From a virus (taxonomy: Duplodnaviria > Heunggongvirae > Uroviricota > Caudoviricetes): DNA of 64,000 nt. The translations under genes were made by a program, and so were the position numbers. Each line of letters opens with the position of its first letter. Position 1 is the first letter of the stretch. The notes under the pieces are model-generated. The model saw nothing but the letters and a program-made list of their open reading frames with translations, was not told where the DNA came from and made no database searches. Where the stretch lies: positions 178,979 through 242,978 of IMG/VR virus record IMGVR_UViG_3300035520_000350. One strand, 5' to 3'. Shown piece by piece: positions 10,484 through 20,484 of the stretch.

Positions 10484-12715
10484 ATGGCTAATCTTAAGTT
10501 TACAGATAAGGTTAATGAAGCTTCAGAGAAGTTGTCTTCAATGGAGCAAATGTTCGGCAAAAACCTACTCCAGCCGTTTACTAACACAAATGCTGGAGCA
10601 CGAAAGATTATGCATGGTACTCATAGAGACCATGTATTTCCATTAATGCATGGAGAAAAAGCTATAGTAGAAACTGGCTATGAAAATAGATTCGGAGATT
10701 ACTCTTCGTCTATCACAGCCGCTGACTCTGATTATAGAGTCATAGCAAAGATTTCGAAGTTTTCATTCTCCCCTAATCATCATTATTATCTCATCATTCA
10801 GGATATGGTGAATAATAAGCTTGATGTAGTAGAGAGAATTTCATATCATCATATAACAGAAGGTTATGGATACTTGTATAATAATGAGTATCTTGATTCT
10901 TTACAGCCAGGGTCTATGATACCAAACGGAGCAGTTGTGCAGAAGTCTCTGGCGTTTGATGAATATAACAATAGAAAAGATGGAGTAAACTTCAATGTGG
11001 CTTACATGGCTTTAGACGACAATATGGAGGATAGTGTCCTCTTTAGTGATGTAGCAGCTAGTAAGTTAACAGCTCCTCTTATCAAACCTGTAACAATAAC
11101 AATCAATGAGAATGACATTCCTCTTAACCTATATGGAAATGATAAGATGTATAAGTCTATTCCAGATATAGGTGAGGAAATCAATGATGCTATCCTAATC
11201 GGATTGAGAAAGGAAAAGAAGGATGAAGCATTGTTCATGCAGTCTACTCAGAGACTGAAAGAACTTATGCTTTCTGACGAGAAGTATACACTTCATGGAA
11301 GAGTAATAGATATCAATATCTATTGTAATAATCCAGAGAATCTTGATGGGTTATATTATGCTCAGTTTAAGATGTATTATAACGAACTTCAGCGTATGTC
11401 CGCTGAAATAGTTACAACAATAACACCTTATGCAGCTCAGGGTTATGAAATGACTTATGAGTTACAGAAGTTGTTTGCTAATGCAAAGAGAGTATGCAAC
11501 AAAGATCAGTATATGGAGAAGAGATTATTCTCTTTCCTTATTGTAGAGGTTGTAGTACTTGAAGAGAAAGAACTTGAGATTGGAGATAAGACATCTAACC
11601 GTTTCGGTGGCAAAGGTGTTATATCAAGAATCATTCCTCAGAAGTTTATGCCAACGTTTGGAGATGGAGAATATGTTGACGTTATTATGAATTCTTCTAC
11701 TATGTATAATAGAGAGAATCCTGGTCAGCTATTTGAGTTATCTCTTACACACATTGGTTGTGAGATAATCAAGTATATAAAGAAGAGCAATGTAAACCCT
11801 AATGAAGCAATAGAGTTGATATTGAAGTATGCAACTTTAGTATCTGCTGAATTAGGTAATGCTATGAGGGATTACCTCATGAATTTAAGTGAGGAGAATA
11901 GAATCCTATACTTAGAAAACTTAATGAGAGATGGATGCATTCATCTGTCTATCAAACCGGCAACAGAATCTATGGATATTGATAGATTAGCTGATATCTA
12001 TAAACAGTTCCCATTCATTGAACAGACGGAGATCAAAGTTCCGATGGTTGGCTCTGATGGTAAAGTCAGATACGTTCCTACTAGAAGAAGAATCGTTGTA
12101 GGAAAGCAGTATATGTTTAGACTTAAGCAGTTTGCAGAAGAGAAATTTAGCGCAACAAACTTGTCCGCTACAAATATCAGAAATGAGAACACTAAGTCTA
12201 AAGCTAATAGAGAGTATAAAGAGCTACATTCTAATACTCCTATTAGATTTGGCAATATGGAATCCAACGACCTTAACCATATTGGTTCAGAACACGTAGT
12301 AGCTAATATGCTTGTCCATTCTCTTTCACCACATGGAAGACGACTGACAGAACAGATGTATACTGGCGAACCATTTAAGGTAGATATTAAGTTAGATTCT
12401 GATTCTAAGAATCGTATGGCTGAGATAGCTATCACATATCTCAAGACTATAGGAAAGAGGTTAAAGTTCCTTAAGGTAAAGAAGAAGATACAACCGGCTA
12501 TAGTAGAATGTCCAGTTACTATGTATAAGCCGCCAGTAGAAGAACCGATCTTCTTTAATGCAGAACCTGGTTTTGACTTCGAGAAAGACTTCCAGGAAAG
12601 ACAGAGAATAGCAGAGAAGAGACTTAGAAATAAGAAGAAAGTCGAACCGGCTATCTATTATGAACCAAGAAGCTATGATACTATGAACAAACTAAAAGAA
12701 GGAGAAGACCTTTAA
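10484..12715 (+). CDS. rpoB: phage RNA polymerase beta subunit, C-terminal half (probably non-virion RNAP)
   Basis: NMEDS, GDKTSNRFGGKGVIS, RENPGQ, RFGNME; early motif at 10414. Confidence 0.88.
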   Translation: MANLKFTDKVNEASEKLSSMEQMFGKNLLQPFTNTNAGARKIMHGTHRDHVFPLMHGEKAIVETGYENRFGDYSSSITAADSDYRVIAKISKFSFSPNHHYYLIIQDMVNNKLDVVERISYHHITEGYGYLYNNEYLDSLQPGSMIPNGAVVQKSLAFDEYNNRKDGVNFNVAYMALDDNMEDSVLFSDVAASKLTAPLIKPVTITINENDIPLNLYGNDKMYKSIPDIGEEINDAILIGLRKEKKDEALFMQSTQRLKELMLSDEKYTLHGRVIDINIYCNNPENLDGLYYAQFKMYYNELQRMSAEIVTTITPYAAQGYEMTYELQKLFANAKRVCNKDQYMEKRLFSFLIVEVVVLEEKELEIGDKTSNRFGGKGVISRIIPQKFMPTFGDGEYVDVIMNSSTMYNRENPGQLFELSLTHIGCEIIKYIKKSNVNPNEAIELILKYATLVSAELGNAMRDYLMNLSEENRILYLENLMRDGCIHLSIKPATESMDIDRLADIYKQFPFIEQTEIKVPMVGSDGKVRYVPTRRRIVVGKQYMFRLKQFAEEKFSATNLSATNIRNENTKSKANREYKELHSNTPIRFGNMESNDLNHIGSEHVVANMLVHSLSPHGRRLTEQMYTGEPFKVDIKLDSDSKNRMAEIAITYLKTIGKRLKFLKVKKKIQPAIVECPVTMYKPPVEEPIFFNAEPGFDFEKDFQERQRIAEKRLRNKKKVEPAIYYEPRSYDTMNKLKEGEDL

Positions 12716-12731
12716 TAGGTCTTCTCTTTTT
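12701..12731 (+). terminator. intrinsic terminator
   Basis: GAGAAGACC/GGTCTTCTC stem plus T-tract. Confidence 0.7.
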
Positions 12732-12754
12732 ATATATCAAAGGAGGACAATGAA

Positions 12755-13411
12755 ATGAGCAAGAATGTAGTATTTGATTTTGATGGAGTGATCCACAGTT
12801 ACACCAGTGGGTGGTTAGGAGTTACCATTATTCCTGATCCACCTGTTAATGGAATTGGATTAGCAATAGAGTCCATTAGAAGAGAAGGATATAACGTGAT
12901 AGTTCAGTCTACACGTTGTTCTACACCGGAAGGAGTAAGAGCTGTCAAGGATTATCTTGATAAGTATAATATCACTGTAGATGATATCACAAGTGATAAG
13001 CCACCAGCAGTAGCCTATATAGATGATAGAGCTATATGCTTTGATGGTCATCCAGAGACATTGCTTAAGAAAGTTAAGCAGTTTAAGCCTTGGAACAATA
13101 CTCATAAGTTTCAGGAGTGCTGGGTTTACGGAAAGAGATGTCTGTTCTGTATTGATAGGATAGACAGAGATGAATATCCGGCATTGAACAGATACGAGTT
13201 GATGTATGACGACAATGATGAGCCTACCTCAATGCAGACAGATGTTCTTGTGAACTTCTATGGTTCTGTATTGAGTCCGACTATCTTAATAGATCGTTCA
13301 AACAGAAACTATTATGCTAGTAACGGAAATCTTGGAGTAAACTTTAATAAAGGTGAACTTGAGATTTCGAACAACATGATTACTATGGAAGAGTTCATGG
13401 GAGGAAGATAA
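12755..13411 (+). CDS. HAD-family phosphatase fused to an LPD28-like domain
   Basis: DFDGV...KP..YIDD; C-terminal RIDR..YEL..DD..P...VLVNFYGS. Confidence 0.7.
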   Translation: MSKNVVFDFDGVIHSYTSGWLGVTIIPDPPVNGIGLAIESIRREGYNVIVQSTRCSTPEGVRAVKDYLDKYNITVDDITSDKPPAVAYIDDRAICFDGHPETLLKKVKQFKPWNNTHKFQECWVYGKRCLFCIDRIDRDEYPALNRYELMYDDNDEPTSMQTDVLVNFYGSVLSPTILIDRSNRNYYASNGNLGVNFNKGELEISNNMITMEEFMGGR

Positions 13412-15792
13412 TGGAACAAATCAAGTTAGATCTGTCCTTTATAAGGGATACTTTTTATGAGTATCTCTTAAGAGGAGATCCTAGTGTATTGACCGATGCA
13501 AACATCTGTGCTTTGAATCAAATAGCTATGAGATTGTATTGGCTAGAGAAAGAAGAGATGAATGATGACTGTGTTGAATGTCTGAAGTATATCATCATGA
13601 TCTGTAATCTATTGTATAATAGAACAGATATGGAGGTGCTTCCGATTGAAGACGGAGTATATGATTTACTCTTAGAGAAGTATAAGGTATTTGATCCACA
13701 CTTTCAAGTTGGGTCTGCAGTAGTAGATTTTAGATCTACCATACCAAAAGACTTTGATAGGAAAGAACCAGTATGCCCTATTGTGTTTCTGGAGAAGAGA
13801 AAAGAATCTGATGATCCAATAGTGCAACACATCAGGGCTAATATAATGAGAGATGGTTTACCAATACTGAACTTTGAAGATACAAATCAATGTCCAGTAG
13901 TATTTGGTAACCAGACTATCAGTAAAAGAACTCATACTACAGAGCATAACCATCCAAGCTTAGTTGGAACTTTAGATAAGTCCAAGTTTGTATTGATGGT
14001 AGATGCTGTAAATATGGGAGTAGCAGAAGATCCTAACGTTAAGATTCTTGAGAGAGATTTCTTTCAGGAGCATATTAAGGCTGGGATCATTACACCAAAT
14101 CAGAGACTTGAAATGGTATTAGAGTTGAAATACGATGGACTATCTGTAGAAGCAGATTGTACCAATATTGTAGAGTCAGCTCGTACTAGAGGAGATACTG
14201 GTATTGGAGTAGCAGCAGATATATCACCTATCTTGTATGGTTATCTCTTTAAACATGCTAAGAGTAGAGAGAATGCTAATCCGATAGGTGTTAAGTTTGA
14301 AGCAATTATGACAAGAACAGCACTAGCTCAATTCAATATAGCTAGGAATACTACCTATGCTAATTGTAGAACGGCTATAATTGGTTTGTTTGGTGCTGGA
14401 GATGCATATCTCTATAGAGACTATATCACATTAGTACCACTTGCTGTTGATAGAAATGATGTACCAGAGATTCAGAATAGAATTGATGAGATCAATTTCA
14501 CCAATGAGTTTTATAGGTCTAATGGAGAGCCCTTGAGATATTGCGTTATACGTGGTAACTATGTAGAATGCTTGTACCAGATTAAGAAGTTTCAGGAAGA
14601 AGCAAAAGCTGCAAGAGAATATCTGGATTTTATGTATGATGGAATTGTAGTGTCATATTTAGATCCGGATATATGTGAAAGACTTGGCAGAGTAAACTAT
14701 ATCAACAAGTATAGCATGGCTGTCAAGTTCGATCCGTTATGTAAGACTACTACATTCAGAGGTTATACCTATGAAGTAGGACAGACAGGTACAATAATTC
14801 CTATAATCCATTATGATCCAGTGGAGTTCTATGGAACTATTCATACCAAATGCTCTGGAGCTAGTTTAGCTAGATTCCAAGAGTTGTCTTTAAAGTACGG
14901 AGATCATATAGACGTCACTTATGTAAATGATGTGATGCCATATGTAACAAAGCCAGACTGTGAATATAACAGAAATAATCCGAATCCTGTTATACTTCCA
15001 CCAGAAATATGCCCTGTATGCGGGTCTAAACTGGTAGTCTCAGAATCCGGAAAAACTCTAAAATGCGAAAATCTTGAATGTCCCGCTAGATTAGTGGGGA
15101 GAACAGTAAATATGCTCTCTAAGCTCAATCTTAAGGGATTTGGTAAGTCAATGATTGAAGCAATAGGTGTTTATAATCTTAGAGATCTTATGAATCTTGA
15201 TAGAGAATATCTTGCACCTAGAATAGGAGAAGGAAACGCTAGTAACTTCTTAGAGATAATGGATAGATTGAAAACCGAACCAATTTATGATTATCAAATC
15301 ATAGGTTCTTTAGGATTCACTAACGTAGGAGCTAAGAAGTGGCAAATTATCTTTAGTCAAATCACTCTAAAGAATTTGATTGAACTGTATGACTACGATG
15401 TAGACAACTTCTATGCCGTATTGTCTAACAAGTTTAAAGGCATTGGACCAATCACCTCTGAATGTGTGACCTTAGAGATGGATGGTTTTATCGACGATAT
15501 TCGATACATCATAGACAATATGCCTAATGTAAAGGATTCAATGTACCCAGTAACTGGTAAACAGATACGATTCACTGGCTGTAGAAACTTACAGCTAGAG
15601 AAACAACTATGTAATGAAGGACACGATGCAAACTCAAATGCATCTGTTACTAAACAAACTGATATCTTGCTTGTCCCATATGAGGGATATACAAGTACCA
15701 AAACAAAGAGGATGCCTGATGCAGGAATCATTGTATCAATACAAGATTTCATGAACAATCCTCAATACTATCTTGGGCTAAATCGTCAGTAG
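13411..15792 (+). CDS. ligA: NAD-dependent DNA ligase
   Basis: KYDG, TRGD, DGIVV, AVKF, CPVC/C..C zinc finger, BRCT-like C-terminus. Confidence 0.92.
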   Translation: MEQIKLDLSFIRDTFYEYLLRGDPSVLTDANICALNQIAMRLYWLEKEEMNDDCVECLKYIIMICNLLYNRTDMEVLPIEDGVYDLLLEKYKVFDPHFQVGSAVVDFRSTIPKDFDRKEPVCPIVFLEKRKESDDPIVQHIRANIMRDGLPILNFEDTNQCPVVFGNQTISKRTHTTEHNHPSLVGTLDKSKFVLMVDAVNMGVAEDPNVKILERDFFQEHIKAGIITPNQRLEMVLELKYDGLSVEADCTNIVESARTRGDTGIGVAADISPILYGYLFKHAKSRENANPIGVKFEAIMTRTALAQFNIARNTTYANCRTAIIGLFGAGDAYLYRDYITLVPLAVDRNDVPEIQNRIDEINFTNEFYRSNGEPLRYCVIRGNYVECLYQIKKFQEEAKAAREYLDFMYDGIVVSYLDPDICERLGRVNYINKYSMAVKFDPLCKTTTFRGYTYEVGQTGTIIPIIHYDPVEFYGTIHTKCSGASLARFQELSLKYGDHIDVTYVNDVMPYVTKPDCEYNRNNPNPVILPPEICPVCGSKLVVSESGKTLKCENLECPARLVGRTVNMLSKLNLKGFGKSMIEAIGVYNLRDLMNLDREYLAPRIGEGNASNFLEIMDRLKTEPIYDYQIIGSLGFTNVGAKKWQIIFSQITLKNLIELYDYDVDNFYAVLSNKFKGIGPITSECVTLEMDGFIDDIRYIIDNMPNVKDSMYPVTGKQIRFTGCRNLQLEKQLCNEGHDANSNASVTKQTDILLVPYEGYTSTKTKRMPDAGIIVSIQDFMNNPQYYLGLNRQ

Positions 15793-15857
15793 GTAATATA
15801 TTATATTGACGATAAGCATAAAAAGTTTATCAATTAATTTAAGGAGGGTCATTAGAA

Positions 15858-16469
15858 ATGGCAATGTTAAAACTTATGGAAACATCGATTCCGGAACTCT
15901 ATTCAAGAGGACTGTATGATGTGAAAGGATTTGATCTCGGAGCAGCGGTTACAGACAAGATGGCAGACGTCTTCTTTACCGGTGTTTCAACAGCATTAAG
16001 AGATGTGAAAAGCAAAGAGATTCCGACGGCTTTCGTATTCGAGGAGCCGAATATGGAGATGAGTGTAGCGGCAATCGTACGCTTCATTCCGGCAGAGGAA
16101 GATTCCAATGCTCCTGGACATTGGAACTATGTATGGACATTCTACAAGGAAGATATTCCGGAGAATGCTCGTATTATCAGATTGAAAGATACAGATTTCC
16201 AGGTTTATTTCCGGACAATTGCAGGTCAGAAGTTCGTAATGGGATTCAAGAGCCCGTCAGCTATGGTGGATTGTGGTAACTTCCTGATGAAGCAGATCAA
16301 GCAGTGGCTGGCAGACAATGCAAAGCCGGGCGAAGAAGTTGGTGTTGAACTCGATGGAGTATTCCAGGCGAGAGCTGAGGTCAACAGTAACGGTGAGGTA
16401 GACATGGCTATCGAAGTGATCGGCGAGACAAAGGCTATTATCAAGAGTGATGCCGATGTAGAGGTATAG
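15858..16469 (+). CDS. hypothetical phage protein (early motif upstream)
   Basis: 203-aa ORF, AAGGAGG RBS, ATATATTAT at 15796. Confidence 0.75.
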   Translation: MAMLKLMETSIPELYSRGLYDVKGFDLGAAVTDKMADVFFTGVSTALRDVKSKEIPTAFVFEEPNMEMSVAAIVRFIPAEEDSNAPGHWNYVWTFYKEDIPENARIIRLKDTDFQVYFRTIAGQKFVMGFKSPSAMVDCGNFLMKQIKQWLADNAKPGEEVGVELDGVFQARAEVNSNGEVDMAIEVIGETKAIIKSDADVEV

Positions 16470-16562
16470 TCCATATCTCTAACAATGCTACTTAAAACCT
16501 TAATGGAAGGATGATGTAATGTCATCCTTCCATTTATTTTTAGAAGGAAGTGAGAAACCAAT

Positions 16563-17210
16563 ATGGAAATGAAGAAGGCTAAGGTAGAAAATAGGATGCT
16601 TGCAGTAGCTTCTTATGATGAGTATACAAAGCATCCTGAGTTATACGCCAATACAAGTACTGGCGTAGAATTCGAGCACGATGGAAAGAACTATGTTCTT
16701 CCACATCGAAATTCTTCATATACTCCTGATAGACCTGGAGTGTATGATTGCGGAGTAATCAATAGGTTCGTTCTGCCAACAGAAGAGAACGAAGAAGATT
16801 ATACTGGTCAGGTAATTGATCTTTCTGATGTAGACAATATAGGAGAGTTAACAAAGAAGATGGATCTTCTTAAGGATATGGAGAGAGAAATTCTCACATC
16901 TCCGGATAGCATCTTTACTCCTATTATCACAGATAAGGATTCTCCTATTATGAGAGGATTAAAAGAAGCTGTGATAGCAAAGAACATTGATTTGGATAAG
17001 TATGCTGATCGTTTTGGGGATAACTTCCCTAATGATAAGCGACAGTTCAAGAGAGATGATATGACATTGTTTATGTTTAACAGAATGTGTCAGAATCTCG
17101 ATATCAAAGCCCAACTCATTATTGAGGATAGTGAGTGTAATGTACCAAATCCAATCGGTCGTAAGATAGTAATAGACTTAGTTGGAGGTGGTTCAGAAGA
17201 AGATAATTAA
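16563..17210 (+). CDS. hypothetical phage protein
   Basis: 215-aa ORF. Confidence 0.7.
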   Translation: MEMKKAKVENRMLAVASYDEYTKHPELYANTSTGVEFEHDGKNYVLPHRNSSYTPDRPGVYDCGVINRFVLPTEENEEDYTGQVIDLSDVDNIGELTKKMDLLKDMEREILTSPDSIFTPIITDKDSPIMRGLKEAVIAKNIDLDKYADRFGDNFPNDKRQFKRDDMTLFMFNRMCQNLDIKAQLIIEDSECNVPNPIGRKIVIDLVGGGSEEDN

Positions 17211-17266
17211 AACTTTCTTTACTATTAGTAATAATATATTACAACTAAGGAAGGAGGGAACCTCTA

Positions 17267-19072
17267 ATGAATTTAACACAGGCTGAATTTATGAGAGGCT
17301 ATAATGATCAACACAGAGAGCAGTTCAATCCTGAGTTGTTTGAACGCAACAATCAGGATATCATAGATGCTGTATCTAAGGTTATTTACTCTTGTGAAAG
17401 AGATAAGTACTTCACTCTCAAAGTGTTATCTATTAGATCAATAGAGAACTATGAAGAGGTCTATAATACATTAAGAGATCACGAAGAGAACCGTCGTAAA
17501 GAAGGTGATAGAGGTGATAACTTATATGACCTCATCAATATCAAAGACTCAGATATTATGCTTCTTGAGGTAAGATACTTCATTAGACATAATGGTACTG
17601 AGAAACAAAAGATAGATGGTAAGATGGTAGACGTAGTGAATCCAGAGAAGATTCTCCAAGTACTCATTGCGTTACCAAGATTTGTTAAGAAGTATTACTT
17701 CTATCTCAACGGAAACTATTATAATGCTACTAGCCAGATTGTTGATGGTTCTACCTATAACAACAGTACGGCTAATAACAGTAAGACAGATTCTGTTACG
17801 CAAAAGACTATGTTCCACAACCCAAAAGTGTTCAGAATGTTTAGAGATATGACAGATATCAATACTGGAAGAAAAGATAGGAATATTATCTATACTTCCA
17901 TTATCTTCAATAACCATCTCAACTGTATGTATTACATTCTGGCGGCATATGGGTTACAGTACACCACAGAATTCCTGAATATCCATAACGTACTTGTGTC
18001 TCAAGTACCTATTACTCAGGAAGGATGGAGTTGTTATAAGAGACATGACTTGTATGTAGCAATGCCAACAGATGATCCTGATCCAATAACACAGTCATTC
18101 TTAGTGACTATCTATGATGCTATTGGTAAGGAAACCACAATCAATGATCTATTCAATCAGCGATTCTGGTTAAAGAATCTTGGAATGACTTTCAAGAATG
18201 CTACTGTAGAGAAAGGGTTATTTATACTTGACTCTATAGAGTCTATCTACGATCAGATTACTCAGGAGCAATTACATCTTCCAGAAGATAAGAAGAATAA
18301 TGTATATAAGCTTCTGAGATGGCTTATGAGAGAATTTCCATCTCTTAGAGCTAAAGACAATGTAGATGTAACAACGAAGAAGAGATGTATAGCTGAGTAT
18401 ATAGCTCGTACTTATGCAACTAAACTTTCTACTGGTATTCATAGAATATCTGACAATGGTAAGAAGGTTACGTTGAAAGGTGTTGAAAGAGCTATATACA
18501 CAAATCCTATGTATGTAATCAAGTCTATAATGTGTATGAACAACTTAGTTGATTATGTAGATATGGTTAACGATAACGATGCTACAACAGCCCTTAAGTT
18601 TACTTATAAGGGTATAGCAGGACTTGGTGAAGATGGTTCAGCCATTCAGCCAGTATATCGTTATGTAGATCCAAGTCATATTGGTATCCTTGATCTTGAT
18701 GTTTCTTCTACATCTGATCCGGGAATGTCTGGTATGATTTGTCCAATGACTAAACTCTACGATGGTGGGTTCTTTAGTCAATATCAGGAGCCAGACAATT
18801 GGGAGGAACAGTATGGTTACCTGCAGGAGCAATATAAGCACAGAGGAAACGCTCAGAGTCCATTTGTTGATGGACAACAGTTTCCAGAGGTTGATCCAGA
18901 TCTTAATAGAAATAAGATCATTGAGGAGTGTCTTGAGTTAGATAAACCTCAATGTCCAATCTATAATCTAAAAGATCCGCATATGGATTACACATCACTT
19001 GCAGAGCAAAATAAGCCGCAAGAGACTCGTGCTATAAAGTCTCTCTTTACTATAAGAAAAGATGAGGAGTAA
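17267..19072 (+). CDS. rpoB: phage RNA polymerase beta subunit, N-terminal half
   Basis: YLNGNYY...QIVD; RYVDPSHIGILDLDVSSTSDPGMSG corresponds to beta HYGRICPIETPEGPNIG; early motif at 17234. Confidence 0.8.
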   Translation: MNLTQAEFMRGYNDQHREQFNPELFERNNQDIIDAVSKVIYSCERDKYFTLKVLSIRSIENYEEVYNTLRDHEENRRKEGDRGDNLYDLINIKDSDIMLLEVRYFIRHNGTEKQKIDGKMVDVVNPEKILQVLIALPRFVKKYYFYLNGNYYNATSQIVDGSTYNNSTANNSKTDSVTQKTMFHNPKVFRMFRDMTDINTGRKDRNIIYTSIIFNNHLNCMYYILAAYGLQYTTEFLNIHNVLVSQVPITQEGWSCYKRHDLYVAMPTDDPDPITQSFLVTIYDAIGKETTINDLFNQRFWLKNLGMTFKNATVEKGLFILDSIESIYDQITQEQLHLPEDKKNNVYKLLRWLMREFPSLRAKDNVDVTTKKRCIAEYIARTYATKLSTGIHRISDNGKKVTLKGVERAIYTNPMYVIKSIMCMNNLVDYVDMVNDNDATTALKFTYKGIAGLGEDGSAIQPVYRYVDPSHIGILDLDVSSTSDPGMSGMICPMTKLYDGGFFSQYQEPDNWEEQYGYLQEQYKHRGNAQSPFVDGQQFPEVDPDLNRNKIIEECLELDKPQCPIYNLKDPHMDYTSLAEQNKPQETRAIKSLFTIRKDEE

Positions 19073-19078
19073 AATCAA

Positions 19079-19333
19079 ATGGATACTTCAAGATATGTTT
19101 ATTTCATGTATTCAGAGGAATACATTTCCAAGAAGAACAAGATCGAGTCCAGTATTGGACGTAGATTTGTATTAGGAACAGTGGTAGTCAATGGAGTTAA
19201 GAAAAATTATGCTTTCATGTCTACCTCAAAGCACTTTATGAACGAATATCCCGATGCGAAGATAGTAGCAGAGGGATATAACACCAAGATGAATTATACT
19301 GCACCATACGCAGAAGCAAAGAGGGGGAATTAA
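19079..19333 (+). CDS. hypothetical protein
   Basis: 84-aa ORF in operon. Confidence 0.6.
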   Translation: MDTSRYVYFMYSEEYISKKNKIESSIGRRFVLGTVVVNGVKKNYAFMSTSKHFMNEYPDAKIVAEGYNTKMNYTAPYAEAKRGN

Positions 19334-19335
19334 AA

Positions 19336-20094
19336 TTGATTAAGCATATTGAAACTAAAGTGTTAGACTGGATCTATAGATTAGTCTGCTTATACACTTA
19401 TGGTGAGGATAATATTGATAAGAATCTTAAGCTTATCCTTAACAGATGTAGAGTGGATCGTATCAACAATGGTAAGGCATGGCACATTTATAACTCATAT
19501 CAGAAATACAAGGAGTTAGATTCTGTATACGAAACATCACTTAGTGTTGAAGAGTCTTTCTCTTACGTTAGAGATTCTTTCAGCACTGTCAAGGCTAAGA
19601 AGCTTGTTGTTATCGTGGTAGAGAGTGAAAAGAACGATAAGGGAGAAAGTGTTGCAGATCCATGTATTTACTTTGAAGATAAGAACAATATCATTATCTT
19701 CATTGAGAAAGAAGTTCTTGAAGTAAAAGATCTTACTAGAACAGTGAGAGCTTTGTATGAATTAGCAATGGATGTAACTCATAATCTCTTAAAAGGAGAT
19801 ATAAAAATGACTAGTAATGAGTATAGAAATGGATTAGCTGATTTCCGTATTCTCATTGCTTCAATGTTTGTAAAGTCCACAATCAATGATCTTCATCTGC
19901 AGGAGTATTTTGTTCCTGGTATATTACTTCGAGTATGTGAGAAGTATATCGATGATGTAACTGGCGTACCCCATGTAAATGATATAATGGGATATATTGA
20001 TGAGATCATTGATAAACTTGAGAACGGTGACTATGAATTGTGGTATTATCTTAGTGAGATATTCATGGAAGAACATGGGGAGAACGTAAAATAA
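19336..20094 (+). CDS. hypothetical protein
   Basis: 252-aa ORF followed by a hairpin at 20108-20135. Confidence 0.65.
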   Translation: MIKHIETKVLDWIYRLVCLYTYGEDNIDKNLKLILNRCRVDRINNGKAWHIYNSYQKYKELDSVYETSLSVEESFSYVRDSFSTVKAKKLVVIVVESEKNDKGESVADPCIYFEDKNNIIIFIEKEVLEVKDLTRTVRALYELAMDVTHNLLKGDIKMTSNEYRNGLADFRILIASMFVKSTINDLHLQEYFVPGILLRVCEKYIDDVTGVPHVNDIMGYIDEIIDKLENGDYELWYYLSEIFMEEHGENVK

Positions 20095-20161
20095 ACTTAA
20101 CTCAATGGTGAACTAGGGTATAATCCCTAGTTCACTTTTTAGTCTTGGAGGTTTATTTTTT

Positions 20162-20449
20162 ATGAGAGATTATAACTATCCGGTTTACTTCGGTAATAAG
20201 ACATGCGTAGCGTGTGGAAGTAATACTTTAGTGCCTATAGATAAGATGGATAATATAAATACTAATCCTAAACCGTTCTATCCTATATACAAGATGAGAT
20301 GTAGAAGATGCGGTAGAGAGTACTTCATCAATTGGACTTCCTCTACAGATAATGGAGCTATTGATCTTAGTGTACCAATTGCTGTATCTAAGAACTGTAT
20401 AGATGAATTTATAGACTTCATTGAAGAAGAGTTAAATAAGTTGAACTAA
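20162..20449 (+). CDS. Zn-ribbon protein
   Basis: CVAC...CRRC; GGAGG RBS. Confidence 0.65.
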   Translation: MRDYNYPVYFGNKTCVACGSNTLVPIDKMDNINTNPKPFYPIYKMRCRRCGREYFINWTSSTDNGAIDLSVPIAVSKNCIDEFIDFIEEELNKLN

Positions 20450-20484
20450 TAGTTAATTCTTACCATAGTACTGACATTAATATA

